Source: Macrostomum lignano (lineage: Eukaryota). From it: a stretch of 64,000 bases of DNA. The DNA lies in contig NIVC01000254.1 in assembly GCA_002269645.1 (NCBI GenBank), positions 434,001 through 498,000 of the forward strand, in the 5' to 3' direction. This document shows positions 20,553-33,445 of this stretch, piece by piece (positions within the stretch are counted from its first letter, which is position 1; every line of letters starts with the position of its first letter). A program made the position numbers and the translations under genes. The notes below the pieces were generated by a model. It did no database searches, had not been told where the DNA came from, and saw nothing but the letters and a program-made list of their open reading frames with translations.

Positions 20553-23500
20553 CTAAACAAGACTCAAGAGAAATTGCACTCTGAGCCTTAAAATCGCACC
20601 TTGAAATTTGGCACAAGGTGCGATTTCGCACCTTATCTCTGGCGAAAAAAAAACCCAGATGACGACTTGAACAAATCTCGAAGACTTAAACATTTAAATA
20701 TGACGACTTTGACCAAAGGCAAGGGTGTATTAATTTTGGATTTTTCTACCTTCGGGCAAAAATCCCTTGCATATACACCCGTAATTTTTATATTAACTGT
20801 GTCAATTAATGCTGATTCACCCCTGATTGCTGCATCAGCAATCAGGGTCAGCATTGCATTCGCGCGAATTAATCTGGAGAAATTGCGCAGACGAATCACA
20901 ACAAAATTTTCTTTCTCCCACTTACTCCAACAGCTGGGTTCTCAAGTCTAATAAATCTAATAAAACTATAAAATAAAACTAAAAAGTCTTAAGTGTGCAA
21001 AACTAAAAAATAAATTTTAACTAAACTGTCAAACGCAAAAGGAAAAAGACAAGAAAAAGAAAAAGGAAAAGGGGGTTGAAAATTAGGCGGCACATCAAGG
21101 TAGTATAAATAGGCCTATTAAAAAAAGGAGGTTACAATCAATGGGTGGGGGTGCTGCTGGACACACTACTGGACCAAAAATCCCATGCGTGCCCGTGGAG
21201 ACTACCAATAGAACGGCTCATAAACATGCAAGCAACAAAATTAAAACAAAAGTTTTGACCAAGATTTGACCAAGACCTACTTTTCCAACCAAAGGAAGAA
21301 CAGAACAATTTCTAGAACCTCCAGTCAATGGAAATGTGACAAAAATTGAACAATGAGCTGACAAAAATTAAACGTTTGTAGCAGTTTTCCTTTTAAATGA
21401 GTTATTAAAGTAATGGTTATTAGTTCAAATATCAATTCAGTGGCACTCGACTGTGACACATGACTACTGAGAATACACTGTAAATTGTTTTAATTTGTTG
21501 GCAAACAAGAACACGCTGCCGCCATGAGCTAAGATCTTTGCGCAGCTAATGCAACACAATATGACAATTTAGTGAATGTAGCATTGTCCAATACTGAGAT
21601 AATGACAATTTAGATAATTTAGTTGTTTTTCTCGTAAGCTGCAGATAACGATCTCGAATATGACGACTTCGGCTGGAACTGATCCATCACTGGACCCTAT
21701 CAGTTTATCAAGAAACCATTGCTAGTAGTAATGCTATAGAAAATATGATATATATGCAATAAGGTATTTATTTTGTGCTAGGTTACTTGCTTTATGTAGT
21801 AGATAAATATAGGTCAGGTTATAATAATTTAGCTAAAGCCAAAGGGAATGTTCTTAATTTAAAATAATTCTATTATAGCATCCATTTCCCCAAGACTTAA
21901 AGATCTATAGTATGATATAGTATTTCTAATACAAATTAATACCAACAAGAAATGAGTGCATATATATACATAGGCTTATCATTATCTATTCATACATTTA
22001 GATTTAGAGCTATGGCCATTTTGGTATGTAGCCATCTTGGTCATGTGCCTATGTAGACCCCTATGGGCTAGTTTTTAAGATCTTTCTATTTCTGAATAAA
22101 CCAGGCTCAGGCTGCATAGGGCCATCTTATAGATCATGCTTGGTGCCTAGGGGGGGGGGGGGGTCCATACTCTGGCTCATGTAGTATATGTCTGAAAATT
22201 TGAGTGTGCATTGGCTATATATCCTAAAAGTAGGCATGCTGCTTGCACAGTTGGCATGCATCATTCCTAAGAAAAAGTTATGCATGCACACTTAATGTAC
22301 ACTTTATGGAATAACAAATAGAAGTTATTGTGAAGTAGAAAAAAGATGAAAGTTCATTTCTAAGTGTAAATTTTAAGCTTTTCCAAGTTTTTTTAAGCTT
22401 GTAACAAAGCATTTAAAAATGTCTTTGCTTGCATCAACTTTGCTTGAAAAACAGAAAAATGAACCAAATTACTTACCAAATGCCAACAAGGGTCTATTAT
22501 GCAATTCAAAAAAATGTCATTTTGTCATAGTATAAAAAAAGTCATTTATTATCACAACACTGGTGTAGTTTTAAAAATAGATGTGCACAAAATTTTTTGG
22601 CATGCATTCGTAACTACTTGATTTTGTTTGGGTGTGCACCTAGCATGATCTGGACTATGGCCCAGGGTATACTTCATACATCAAGCATGCGAAACAAAAA
22701 ATTGACCAAGAAAGGTCATATAGAACAATCAATAGTTTTGCCAGAAAAGTGCATATTGTTGGATTTAAATATAGCAATGGTAAAACTTTATTTAGTGCCA
22801 ACATTACTTTAGTAAAGCTCCTTCAAAGCCAAAGAAAAAAAATTAGATAAACTTTTTATGTATACGCATTGAATTTTTTACTTTCTGTGTGAAACATATT
22901 CTTTAGATGAATTTCACATTGGCTAGGTGTTCCCAAACAAAAATCAAATAATTATTAATTAGACCTATAAATAAATGCCAAAAAATTGAATGCACGCCCA
23001 TACTCTTAAATCTAGTGACAAATTGACAATAAATGACTTTTTGCATTGTGGCAAAGACCTAATAAGTTTGTTTGCTAGCAAATATAAATAGCATAAACTA
23101 ACCATTTATAGGCCTTAAGCCCCTTTCAAGACTTCTGTTTCTTTACATTTTTTACTATTTCTTATTATTTTTAATTGGGTACCATATAATGAGTTTCATA
23201 CAAAATGTGGGTATTGTAAAATAAAAGAATAAATATTTTCATAGAATTAAAAAACTGCTCTCTATTGACTATTTTTAGTGAGTTATAGAAGAAATGTTCT
23301 ATAATTGAATAATGAGTTTAAAAAATTCTTAGCAATGACAACTGAAAAATCAAACTTAGGACATTTAGCATATCAATGACCAACTATCAATACTAGATAC
23401 ATGATTCATATATTGCTATTAGTAGATATTAGTTTGCTGATTAGTTTTTTGTCAAATTGACTTTTGGCAAATTGTTTAGTATTCTAACTATGCAGGCTAG

Positions 23501-24736
23501 ATATAAGATAATATAAATAAGCCAATATAATTATAGTCAGATAGAACTAATAAAAACATATAGCCATGGGCCCTAGACCTATAGTTTGGATCATGTAATA
23601 AATTCCCCAAAAATTTTTTGTGCAATTGCCTTGCATACCAAAAGTTAGACATGCTGATGTGTACATTTGGCATACATTAGCCTATTCTTAAGAAAAGTGT
23701 AAATATATATACTTTGCATGCACTTTATAGAATCATACAATAGGCCTAGACATTTTGTTAAGTAGAAGAAAGATTGAGAAGTTCATTTTAAAAAGTAAAT
23801 TGCAAGCTTTCTGATTTTTAGGTTTATAATAAAGCATTTAAACAAATTTTTAATTTAATGTGTTATATTATTTTTTGCCTAATGAACATAATTGCTATAA
23901 AAATTGCTATATTAGAATAAGTCTTATTTTTGTTATTGCATCTGGCATCTAGCATACCTAAGAAAATTAGGCAAATGCAAGCAAATGTGCACATGCATTG
24001 GTATACCTACTATATGCTATAGTTAGGATCATGTTATATAAATACTAGAAGTTACCCAAAATATTTTCAATTATATACCAGATACAATAGGCAAAATATA
24101 CTAGTGTGCTAAGTGTGTTAGCAGTTGTCCAAAATCTCTTAGCCCTTAGCTTATTCCAGCATTAACACAAACATTTATAAAGCTTTTAGCTTTTATTTAC
24201 AATATATTTACAAAAGCATTGTTAAACTATATACTTATGACTTTATACTGTACAAATTTTCTTATTAAATGTTTTTAGAATACCAAACCTTTCATAACCT
24301 AAATGTGATTTTCTGTGCTTTTACAAACAATAATAGCATGGTGCAGCCTCTTCTGGGTCTAGAGTTAGTGCCTATGTGCCATTAATGTATGCTGTATTCC
24401 AAAATTCAGTCATATGTACACCACAAGACTTAAAAAAGAAATTGTGGACCAAGTGTGCACTAGCTATCACAAAAGTGCACTAGAAATTTCTGGCACAAAT
24501 GATATGATCTTGAGTGTAGCCTATAGATGCATACATGTAATGCTAATGGCCTATATGGTGGCTAGCACACTAATCTTTAGTAGGGCTAGGTTCATAAGAA
24601 ATCTGAAATAAGTGGTTATGATTTATGATTCTGTCTAGTGGCTAGGGTATCAATTGTGTTGCCAATTTGCAATGAAGCCTTATCAGAGCCATGGAACATT
24701 AATGCCCTGCTGCATACTAGAGCACTGGATCAGACA

Positions 24737-25024
24737 CATACATGCGCAACCTCCCTGATTTACACTGGTCATTGTATTAAATTTTTGACCTAAAAAAATT
24801 TAACTTACCTATGAAAGAAACCCTAAAGCAAAAATTAACACAATTCTGGGGTGGGGGGGGGGTAAATGGCAGGAGTAACTATCACTATATTATTAGGGCT
24901 AAAATGCCTCATCATCTAATTAGTACTACATATTTATTTTTTGGGCGGGTATTTTGTGACTTTGGCTAGGGCCCCTTGCCAGCCAGCTGGGTTATTCAGG
25001 TCAGCTGGGTGTTGCGCATGTATG
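24737..25024. mobile_element. 288-bp MITE of the same hAT family as 8797-15391
   Basis: Identical 14-bp TIRs. Interior aligns with the reverse complement of 15180-15377 (e.g. GGTAAA(T/C)GGCAGGAGTAACTAT). Flanks ATCAGACA / GGCAGACT are a degenerate TSD. Confidence 0.85.
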
Positions 25025-25792
25025 GGCAGACTAATTAGATAATAAGTCATCATTTGTCTATTTTGTAAGTGATATTCCAAAAGGTCTTACAAAGACATTG
25101 AGCTAATGCTCAAGCCTATATTGGCCTACCATCTAGGTAGCATATTAGCTAGTTTTACAGCATAGAAACTACTAGAAAACCAGTACAACCACCTGTCTAA
25201 GTAGTCAAGTTGGCCAACCCTTTAGAGAGGGCAGCATCATAGTACATGGTGACTGGCTAGGACTGCAGGGTAGATGCCTGAGACCTGCCCCAGATGTTTT
25301 GGAAAGGTCGGATTTTTTCCATAAGCGCCAATCAGCACTGCGCTTCAGTGCAGCCTTGCCAAGCCTCCAAATTTCATCAGCATGTTGACCACATGTGTCC
25401 GCACCAGCTCTGAATTTGTTGATCACAGGCCTTCAATAGGACTTGATACTCTAGTTCATGTCTTGTGTCCATTTCAACCCCCTAGACTAATTGTTTACAT
25501 TGTAGATTTCGAATAATATCTAGATATGTAGAATTCCTGCGTAAACTTTTAGCAGTCATCATAAATTATTTACTGTCAAATGTGACTGCTTTTTCATGTA
25601 TAAACAGTGTTGGTTGTCGAGCTACAGGAAGGGTTTGCTTGTCACTGGTCGCAATTAAAATTCTTTAATTCATGTCTTCTTGTTCGTTGTTTACAGAAAG
25701 CTTTTTAAAAAAGCTTTAAATTTGCTCAAATTGTGTCGATTTTGGCTGGCTTGAAAGAAAAAGAAAAAAAATCGCTGACGAGCAAAGCCAAC

Positions 25793-28375
25793 ATGCTCTG
25801 CTGCTGTTTTCGCAATGGCAAATGGCGACCTAGGGTGAGTGATGAAGGGGCGGGGTGCTTTGAGAGCTTTCATCCCCGTATATCTTATTATCTAACATCT
25901 CACCCTTATCTCTAATCCCATCTTTATCACCTTTCTCAATCTTTTCTCACCATTTCACCCTTAACTCACCATCTCACCCTTATCTCATCATCTCACCCTT
26001 ATCTCATTATCTCACCCTTATCTCACTATCTTACACTTATCCCACCATCTCACCCTTTTCTCATCATCTCACCCTTATCTCATCATCTCACCCTTATCTC
26101 ATCATCTCACCCTTATCTCATCATCTCACCCTTATCTCACCATCTCACCCTTTTCTCATCATCTCACCCTTATCTCATCATCTCACCCTTATCTCATCAT
26201 CTCACCCTTATCTCATCATCTCACCCTTAACTCACCATCTCACCCTTATCTCATCATCTCACCCTTATCTCATCATCTCACCCTTATCTCACCATCTTAC
26301 ACTTATCTCACCATCTCACCCTTTTCTCATCATCTCACCCTTATCTCATCATCTCACCCTTATCTCATCATCTTACACTTATCTCACCATCTCACCCTTT
26401 TCTCATCATCTCACCCTTATCTCATCATCTCACCCTTATCTCATCATCTCACCCTTATCTCATCATCTCACCCTTATCTCATCATCTCACCCTTATCTCA
26501 TCATCTCACCCTTATCTCACCATCTTACACTTATCTCACCATCTCACCCTTTTCTCATCATCTCACCCTTATCTCATCATCTCACCCTTATCTCATCATC
26601 TCACCCTTATCTCACCATCTCAACGTAGGCTCCCAGTACACCTTTATTCTTATCTCACCCCAACCACCCATCCCTTCTCACTCTCAGCTCCGTATTCTTA
26701 CCTATCTCAAGAGTCAGGCGCACCGAGTACGTTTTGTCTTACTATACTACATTTTTAAACTCTTTCGAAAGTTAGATTTTGACTAAGTTGATAAATAAAA
26801 CTAAAATAGGCTCTACAGACTGATTTTACTGCTCACAACTTGCCGGTTAACCTGTTTAAGTTCGCTAAGCTAACACTGACTTCGTTGCCCGCACCATATA
26901 GAATGTACCATTGGTACCAATTTGAAACCAAGCATAAAAAGACTACTGGCTTAAGGTAACTAGACTATGGAAAATTAACCTTTTGGCAGTGAAATGCTAC
27001 ATGTACCGATTTCAGTGCTAGGAAATGCTTTTGGGGCCTTGACGCAGGTGTTAGTTGAACCGACACATCTCAGTTGAGAACTGACACAGGTTCCAGCTGA
27101 ACTGACACATCTCAGTTGAGAACTGACACAGGTTCCAGCTGAACTGACACATCTCAGTTGAGAACTGACACAGGTTCCAGCTGAACTGACACATCTCAGT
27201 TGAACTGACACAGGTTCCAGCTGAACTGACACATCTCAGTTGAGAACTGACACAGGTTCCAGCTGAACTGACACATCTCAGTTGAGAACTGACACAGGTT
27301 CCAGCTGAACTGACACATCTCAGTTAAGAACTGACACAGGTTCCAGCTGAACTGACACATCTCAGTTGAACTGACACAGGTTTCAGCTGAACTGACACAT
27401 CCCAGTTGAACTGACACAGATCCCAGTTGAACTGACACATCTCAGCTAAACTGACACATCTCAGTTGAACTGACACAGGTGTTAAACTGACACAGATCCC
27501 AGTTGAACTGACACAGATCCCAGTTGAACTGACACAGATCCCAGTGTAACTGACACATCTCAGCTAAATTGACACATCTCATTTGAACTGACACATGTGT
27601 TAAACTGACACAGATCCCAGTTGAACTGACACAGATCCCAGTTGAACTGACACAGATCCCAGTTGAACTGACACAGATCCCAGTTGAACTGGCACAGATC
27701 TCAGTTGAACTGACACAGATCCCAGTTGAACTGACACAGATCCCAGTTGAACTGACACAGATCTCAGTTGAACTGACACAGATCCCAGTTGAACTGACAC
27801 AGCTTGCTACATTTCAACAATAGCCAAGTGTCCCACATTAATGTGTTTTATCTCACCTCAACTCTCACCAGCGCGGCAATGGCACCGCGGCAGCCGTGAA
27901 CGCCGAGTACATGCAGTCCTGGGCTGGCCATCAGCAGACCCATAACCTGCGCGGCGCCGATTCGGACGAGAATTTGTACATCGATCCAGACGAGGTGCCG
28001 GAATCGATTCGGATGCATGCTAAGCTGCCGCCTCCTCCTCAGCAGCCTCAGCAACCCAATGCTAATCCTGATGAAGAGGGGGAGCTGTACGGAGACGACC
28101 CCCAGACTGGTCTCTATGCGGTGCTGGATATTGAGAGCCTCAGCAAGCCGGCCGGGCCGCCACCTTTGCAGCAGCAGCGGCTTCATCAGTCAGTCGCCCC
28201 ACCGTCCTCGGCACCGCGGCCTCGATCGCAGCTGTTAACCCGGAACGGCGCCTATCAGGCTTCTGCTGCGGCCTCCGCCTCGACTGGCAATCTGACCCTG
28301 GCTTCGGCGGCTGCTGATGAAGAGGAGCGATTGAATCCGATCTACTCCGATATTGTTGGGGTGTTGAAGCAGTGA
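25793..28375 (+). CDS. Pro-rich Tyr-motif protein A (~194 aa) with N-terminal MLCCC motif
   Basis: Phase-0 model: 25793-25834 (MLCCCFRNGKWRPR|GTGAGT), 39-nt microexon 26688-26726 (LRILTYLKSQAHR), 27872-28375 (...ENLYIDP...GLYAVLDIESLSKP...NPIYSDIVGVLKQ*). The last exon is supported by the paralogue; the two small exons are predictions. Confidence 0.65.
25899..26619. repeat. 19-bp minisatellite (gene A intron 1)
   Basis: Unit CATCTCACCCTTATCTCAT. Confidence 0.95.
27040..27800. repeat. 42-bp and 21-bp related minisatellites (gene A intron 2)
   Basis: GTTGAGAACTGACACAGGTTCCAGCTGAACTGACACATCTCA grading into GTTGAACTGACACAGATCCCA. Confidence 0.95.
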
Positions 28376-28479
28376 GAAGTGCAACATTTCGTTCACATTT
28401 TTTGCATGATTTGTTAGATTCGATGTATACCTGCTGCGCTTTTTATGCTAATCATGTCGATTAATCCCTATTCCTATCT

Positions 28480-29055
28480 CCTTTATAGATCCCTATCCCC
28501 TATTCACGGATTCCTATCCCCTATTCACGGATTCCTATCCCCTATTCACGGATCCCTATACCCTCTTCACACATCCCTATCCCCTATTCACAAATCCCTA
28601 TCCCTTCTTCACAGATCCCAATCCTATCCCTTCTTCACAGATCCCAATCCCCTCTTCACAGATCTCTATCCCCTATTCACGGATCCCAATCCTCAATTCA
28701 CAAATCCCTATCCCCTATTCACAGATCTTTATCCCCTATTCACAGATCCTAATCCCCTATTCAGAGATCCCTATATTCTTTTCATAGATCCCTATACCCT
28801 CTTCACAGATCCCTATACCCTCTTCACGGATCCCTATACCCTCTTCACGGATCCCTATACCCTCTTCACGGATCCCTATACCCTCTTCACGGATCCCTAT
28901 ACCCTCTTCACGGATCCCTATACCCTCTTCACGGATCCCTATACCCTCTTCACAGATCCCTATACCCTCTTCACAGATCCCTATACCCTCTTCACGGATC
29001 CCTATACCCTCTTCACGGATCCCTATACCCTCTTCACAGATCCCTATCCCCTCTT
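28480..29055. repeat. 21-bp minisatellite 3' of gene A
   Basis: Unit ATCCCTATACCCTCTTCAC(G/A)G. Confidence 0.95.
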
Positions 29056-29900
29056 CACAGATCCTTTGTTTACATATCCCATTCCGCTTTAAAGTTCGCC
29101 TTATTTCTTTCTCACATCTGAACACGAGACACTGATCTCTGTTTTCAAGTTAATAGGTGCAGAAAAAACTTTATAACTAATATTTAATCCGATAGCGATA
29201 GCACACAAATCAGTACATCATTGCATGTCTGTTGTCAACTGCAGTGTTATGCATTTGCGTTTTCATAAAATTCCCTTTACTCCTACTGAGAGTAGCTTTG
29301 CAAGGTTTTTTGTATTCTATTTTTATATATCAAAAAATGTATAATATCTATTGCTCTATTCTGACTACTGATTTCATCATTCTTCAAGTAGTCTAATGAA
29401 AACATTGTGTGAACGGGCACTTTTTGTTCCTGAATATGGGGTTATTGCAAGTTTAATCATGAGTAGACATGTATAGTAAGCATATCTAGACACTTGAAAA
29501 ATTATTGGTTGCAAATCCCAAGATCAAGCAGGTTATTGTAAATACTGAAGCTTATAATTATAACTTTCTTATGTTCATTATTGTCCGTTGTATTCATTTT
29601 AATGGTTAATGCCTTCCAATGTAATTTTTACTAAGTTTTTATAACGCTCCAGTGCCTGCTCTCTGCTTATCCTTACTCATGACTTTCCACATTATAAATG
29701 CATAAATAAAGTTTATACTACTGCCAAGGTGCGATTATAAGTAGTTTCTAAAATTCGCTGTTTTAAACGGTGAACTTTTCTCTAAATTAAGCTAATATAA
29801 ATAGCACTGGAGTTCTGCGTTTTGCTACTTTTTATGACAGATTTGTAGAACTTTAAAAAAACTATTTTAATCCGAAAAAACAAAAATGTAACAGCTTATC

Positions 29901-31545
29901 TTACTGAAGGACTAGGTACCTCACCAGGTGACTGGGTACCTTACTGAAGGGCTAGGTACCTCACCAGTTGACTGGGTACCTTACTGAAGGACTAGGTACC
30001 TCACCAGTTGACTGGGTACCTTACTGAAGGACTAGGTACCTCACCAGTTGACTGGGTACCTTACTGAAGGACTAGGTACCTCACCAGTTGACTGGGTACC
30101 TTACTGAAGGACTAGGTACCTCACCAGTTGACTGGGTACCTTACTGAGGGACTAGGTACCTCACCAGTTCACTGGGTACCTTACTGAAGGACTAGGTACC
30201 TCACCAGTTGACTGGGTACCTTACTGAAGGACTAGGTACCTCACCAGGTGACTGGGTACCTTACTGAAGGACTAGGTACCTCACCAGTTCACTGGGTACC
30301 TTACTGAAGGACTATAGGTACCTTACCAGGTGACTGGGTACCTTACTGAGGGACTATAAGTACCTTACCAGGTGACTGGGTACCTTACTGAAGGACTAGG
30401 TACCTCACCAGGTGACTGGGTACCTTACTGAAGGACTAGGTACCTCACCAGGTGACTGGGTACCTTACTGAAGGACTATAGGTACCTTACCAGGTGACTG
30501 GGTACCTTACTGAAGGACTAAAGGTACCTTACCAGGTGACTGGGTACCTTACTGAAGGACTAGGTACCTCACCAGGTGACTGGGTACCTTACTGAAGGAC
30601 TATAGGTACCTCACCAGGTGACTGGGTACCTTACTGAGGACTAGGTACCTCACCAGGTGACTGGGTACCTTACTGAGGACTAGGTACCTCACCAGTTCAC
30701 TGGGTACCTTACTGAAGGACTATAGGTACCTTACCAGGTGACTGGGTACCTTACTGAGGGACTATAAGTACCTTACCAGGTGACTGGGTACCTTACTGAA
30801 GGACTAGGTACCTCACCAGGTGACTGGGTACCTTACTGAAGGACTAGGTACCTCACCAGTTGACTGGGTACCTTACTGAAGGACTAGGTACCTCACCAGT
30901 TGACTGGGTACCTTACTGAAGGACTAGGTACCTCACCAGTTCACTGGGTACCTTACTGAAGGACTAGGTACCTCACCAGTTCACTGGGTACCTTACTGAA
31001 GGACTAGGTACCTCACCAGTTGACTGGGTACCTTACTGAAGGACTAGGTACCTCACCAGTTCACTGGGTACCTTACTGAAGGACTATAGGTACCTTACCA
31101 GGTGACTGGGTACCTTACTGAGGGACTATAAGTACCTTACCAGGTGACTGGGTACCTTACTGAAGGACTATAGGTACCTCACCAGGTGACTGGGTACCTT
31201 ACTGAAGGACTAGGTACCTCACCAGGTGACTGGGTACCTTACTGAAGGACTATAGGTACCTTACCAGGTGACTGGGTACCTTACTGAAGGACTAAAGGTA
31301 CCTTACCAGGTGACTGGGTACCTTACTGAAGGACTAGGTACCTCACCAGGTGACTGGGTACCTTACTGAAGGACTATAGGTACCTTACCAGGTGACTGGG
31401 TACCTTACTGAAGGACTATAGGTACCTCACCAGGTGACTGGGTACCTTACTGAGGACTAGGTACCTCACCAGGTGACTGGGTACCTTACTGAGGACTAGG
31501 TACCTCACCAGGTGACTGGGTACCTTACTGAGGACTAGTTACCTC
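29901..31545. repeat. 40(-42)-bp satellite with internal palindromes
   Basis: Unit TTACTGAAGGACTAGGTACCTCACCAG(G/T)TGACTGGGTACC; two GGTACC per unit. Confidence 0.95.
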
Positions 31546-31875
31546 GATCAACTGAATGACTAACTAAACTAACTCCAGAGCAACGGCACCAATTGGCAGG
31601 AAATAGATCGCAACCTTTATGAATCCTTGACAGGAAATGAAAAGCATTTATTGCACCGCAATGTTTAAGCTCATTTGAGTGAAAAGAACACATTTTTCAC
31701 TAAGCTTCACTGGAAATTGCTGCGGCTTTAACCCGCCCACAGATTTAGGGGCTCTTCATAAGACCTAAATTTCACAGCACCTAAAACTGAATGTGAAGGA
31801 GAGAAGCAGAGCGTTGTGAAGGAGGCTGCATTTTTGGCTTTAGGCGTTATGAAAGCGTCCCACAGATTTGTTATT

Positions 31876-32802
31876 CATATAGGTGTAGGAACGGAGGGGG
31901 GACAGTGGGGCCATGCCCCCAGTAATGGTATCTGGTCCCTCCACATTTTACATGTAAATGCAAAATGTAGACTTTTGGCTTATTTTTTACTCTTATTTTT
32001 GGTTTTTGCTGCTTTGCATGAATGCATTTTGCTGCAGGGCGACAAAACAGCGCCTACGGCGCTAAAATGAGTGCCAGAGGTGCTAAAATGAGTGCCTGTG
32101 GCGCTAAAATGAGTGCCAGAGGTGCTAAAATGAGTGCCTGCGGCGCCAAAATGAGTGCCTGCGGCGCTAAAATGAGTGCCTGCGGCGCCAAAATGAGTGC
32201 CTGCGGCGCCAAAATGAGTGCCTGCGGCGCTAAAATGAGTTCCTGCGGCGCTAAAATGAGTTCCTGTGGCGCCAAAATGAGTGCCTGCGGCGCTAAAATG
32301 AGTGCCTGCGGCGCTAAAATGAGTGTCTGTGGCGCTAAAATGAGTGCCTGCGGCGCTAAAATGAGTGCCTGTGGCGCTAAAATGAGTGCCTGCAGCGCTA
32401 AAATGAGTGCCTGCGGCGCTAAAATGAGTGCCTGCGGCGCTAAAATGAGTGCATGCGGCGCTAAAATGAGTTCCTGTGGCGCCAAAATGAGTGCCTGCGG
32501 CGCTAAAATGAGTGTCTGTGGCGCTAAAATGAGTGTCTGTGGCGCTAAAATGAGTGCCTGCGGCGCCAAAATGAGTGCCTGCGGCGCCAAAATGAGTGTC
32601 TGTGGCGCTAAAATGAGTGCCTGCGGCGCCAAAATGAGTGCTGACAACTCTAATTCTGAAAATAATCGGTACATGTTGTGCATTTCCTATGTACTCATAA
32701 AAATAAAAAATCTAACTCGAAAGGGGGCTTGCGCCCCCCCCCCCCCTAAATCCGCCACTGAACCTGCCCCCCCCCACTTTTTGAAACGTTCCCACGCCTA
32801 TG
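31876..32802. mobile_element. hAT-type MITE containing an expanded 21-bp minisatellite
   Basis: Ends CAT(AT)AGGTGTAGGAACG / CGTTCCCACGCCTATG. Perfect 8-bp TSD TTGTTATT (31868-31875, 32803-32810). Confidence 0.8.
32055..32640. repeat. 21-bp minisatellite
   Basis: Unit GCTAAAATGAGTGCCTGCGGC. Confidence 0.95.
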
Positions 32803-33445
32803 TTGTTATTTACAACATCCCTGAGACAGCGAGTTACAATTGTACACGTACTTGAAGTTTGAGCAATTTTGCCTCGAAGTTCATGTGTCTGCACACCCCA
32901 CACAATGCCTACAGCACACACTTGTATGAATGTACACTATATTGTACACCATTTGGCATTGCACTTAAATTGTATCGCAGAGAGAGAGAGAGCCTACATG
33001 TATATAAGCATCTGCGATGCTAGTGAACTATATAGGGCCCCAGCTGTTGTCGAGGTTTGATATGCTGCTAATTGCTAAATTTAGAATCGGCTGTAAACAG
33101 CTAGCATTCAAGCGGCGCAGTGCCTTCAAATTTTCAGCTCATCTTCTATAAGAGAAGCATCTTCACCCTGACCTAGGCTTAATTCTCATTCGCAAACAAG
33201 CCGCCACAGCAATGCGAAAGGCGAAGCTATCTTCCAAGTTTATCTTTTCTAAGTCCTCTCGGTCTGAGATGGGGAAGGTGAGGATTATACTTTTTATTAG
33301 CCGTATTCGCCGTATATTAGCATTCGATTCTCGCCCGTGAGGGCCAACCCCGAATTGGCCATGTCGCCGAAGGCCTTGCGCCAGGGTTCCCCATAAAGCC
33401 TTCCAGCTCATCTAGCATCTCCAAAAACAACCAATTCGATTGCAG

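Larger units (their letters stand above)
17793..20658. mobile_element. Old hAT-type MITE split by a later insertion
   Basis: Ends CAGGGTTTTTTTTT and AAAAAAAAACCCAG. 8-bp flanks ATGACAAC / ATGACGAC (7/8). TTAAAATCGCACC(C/T)TGAAATT occurs in both halves. Confidence 0.6.

Noticed and set aside
25205-25426. 73-aa minus ORF in a locally GC-richer patch
   Set aside because: No splice-phase partner or known motif; unsupported.
28445-29125. FTDPYTL / EEGIGIR repeat ORFs
   Set aside because: The 21-bp unit is a multiple of 3 and lacks stops; lies 3' of a gene; no coding evidence.
29901-31545. CRISPR-like array
   Set aside because: Units are head-to-tail with no unique spacers; eukaryotic context; no cas genes.
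32022-32855. 277-aa Cys-rich GAKMSAC repeat protein
   Set aside because: Minisatellite inside a MITE defined by TIRs and TSD.
33278-33300. 23-nt intron giving a phase-0 model for gene B
   Set aside because: Shorter than any other intron here and implausibly small; 5' structure left unresolved.
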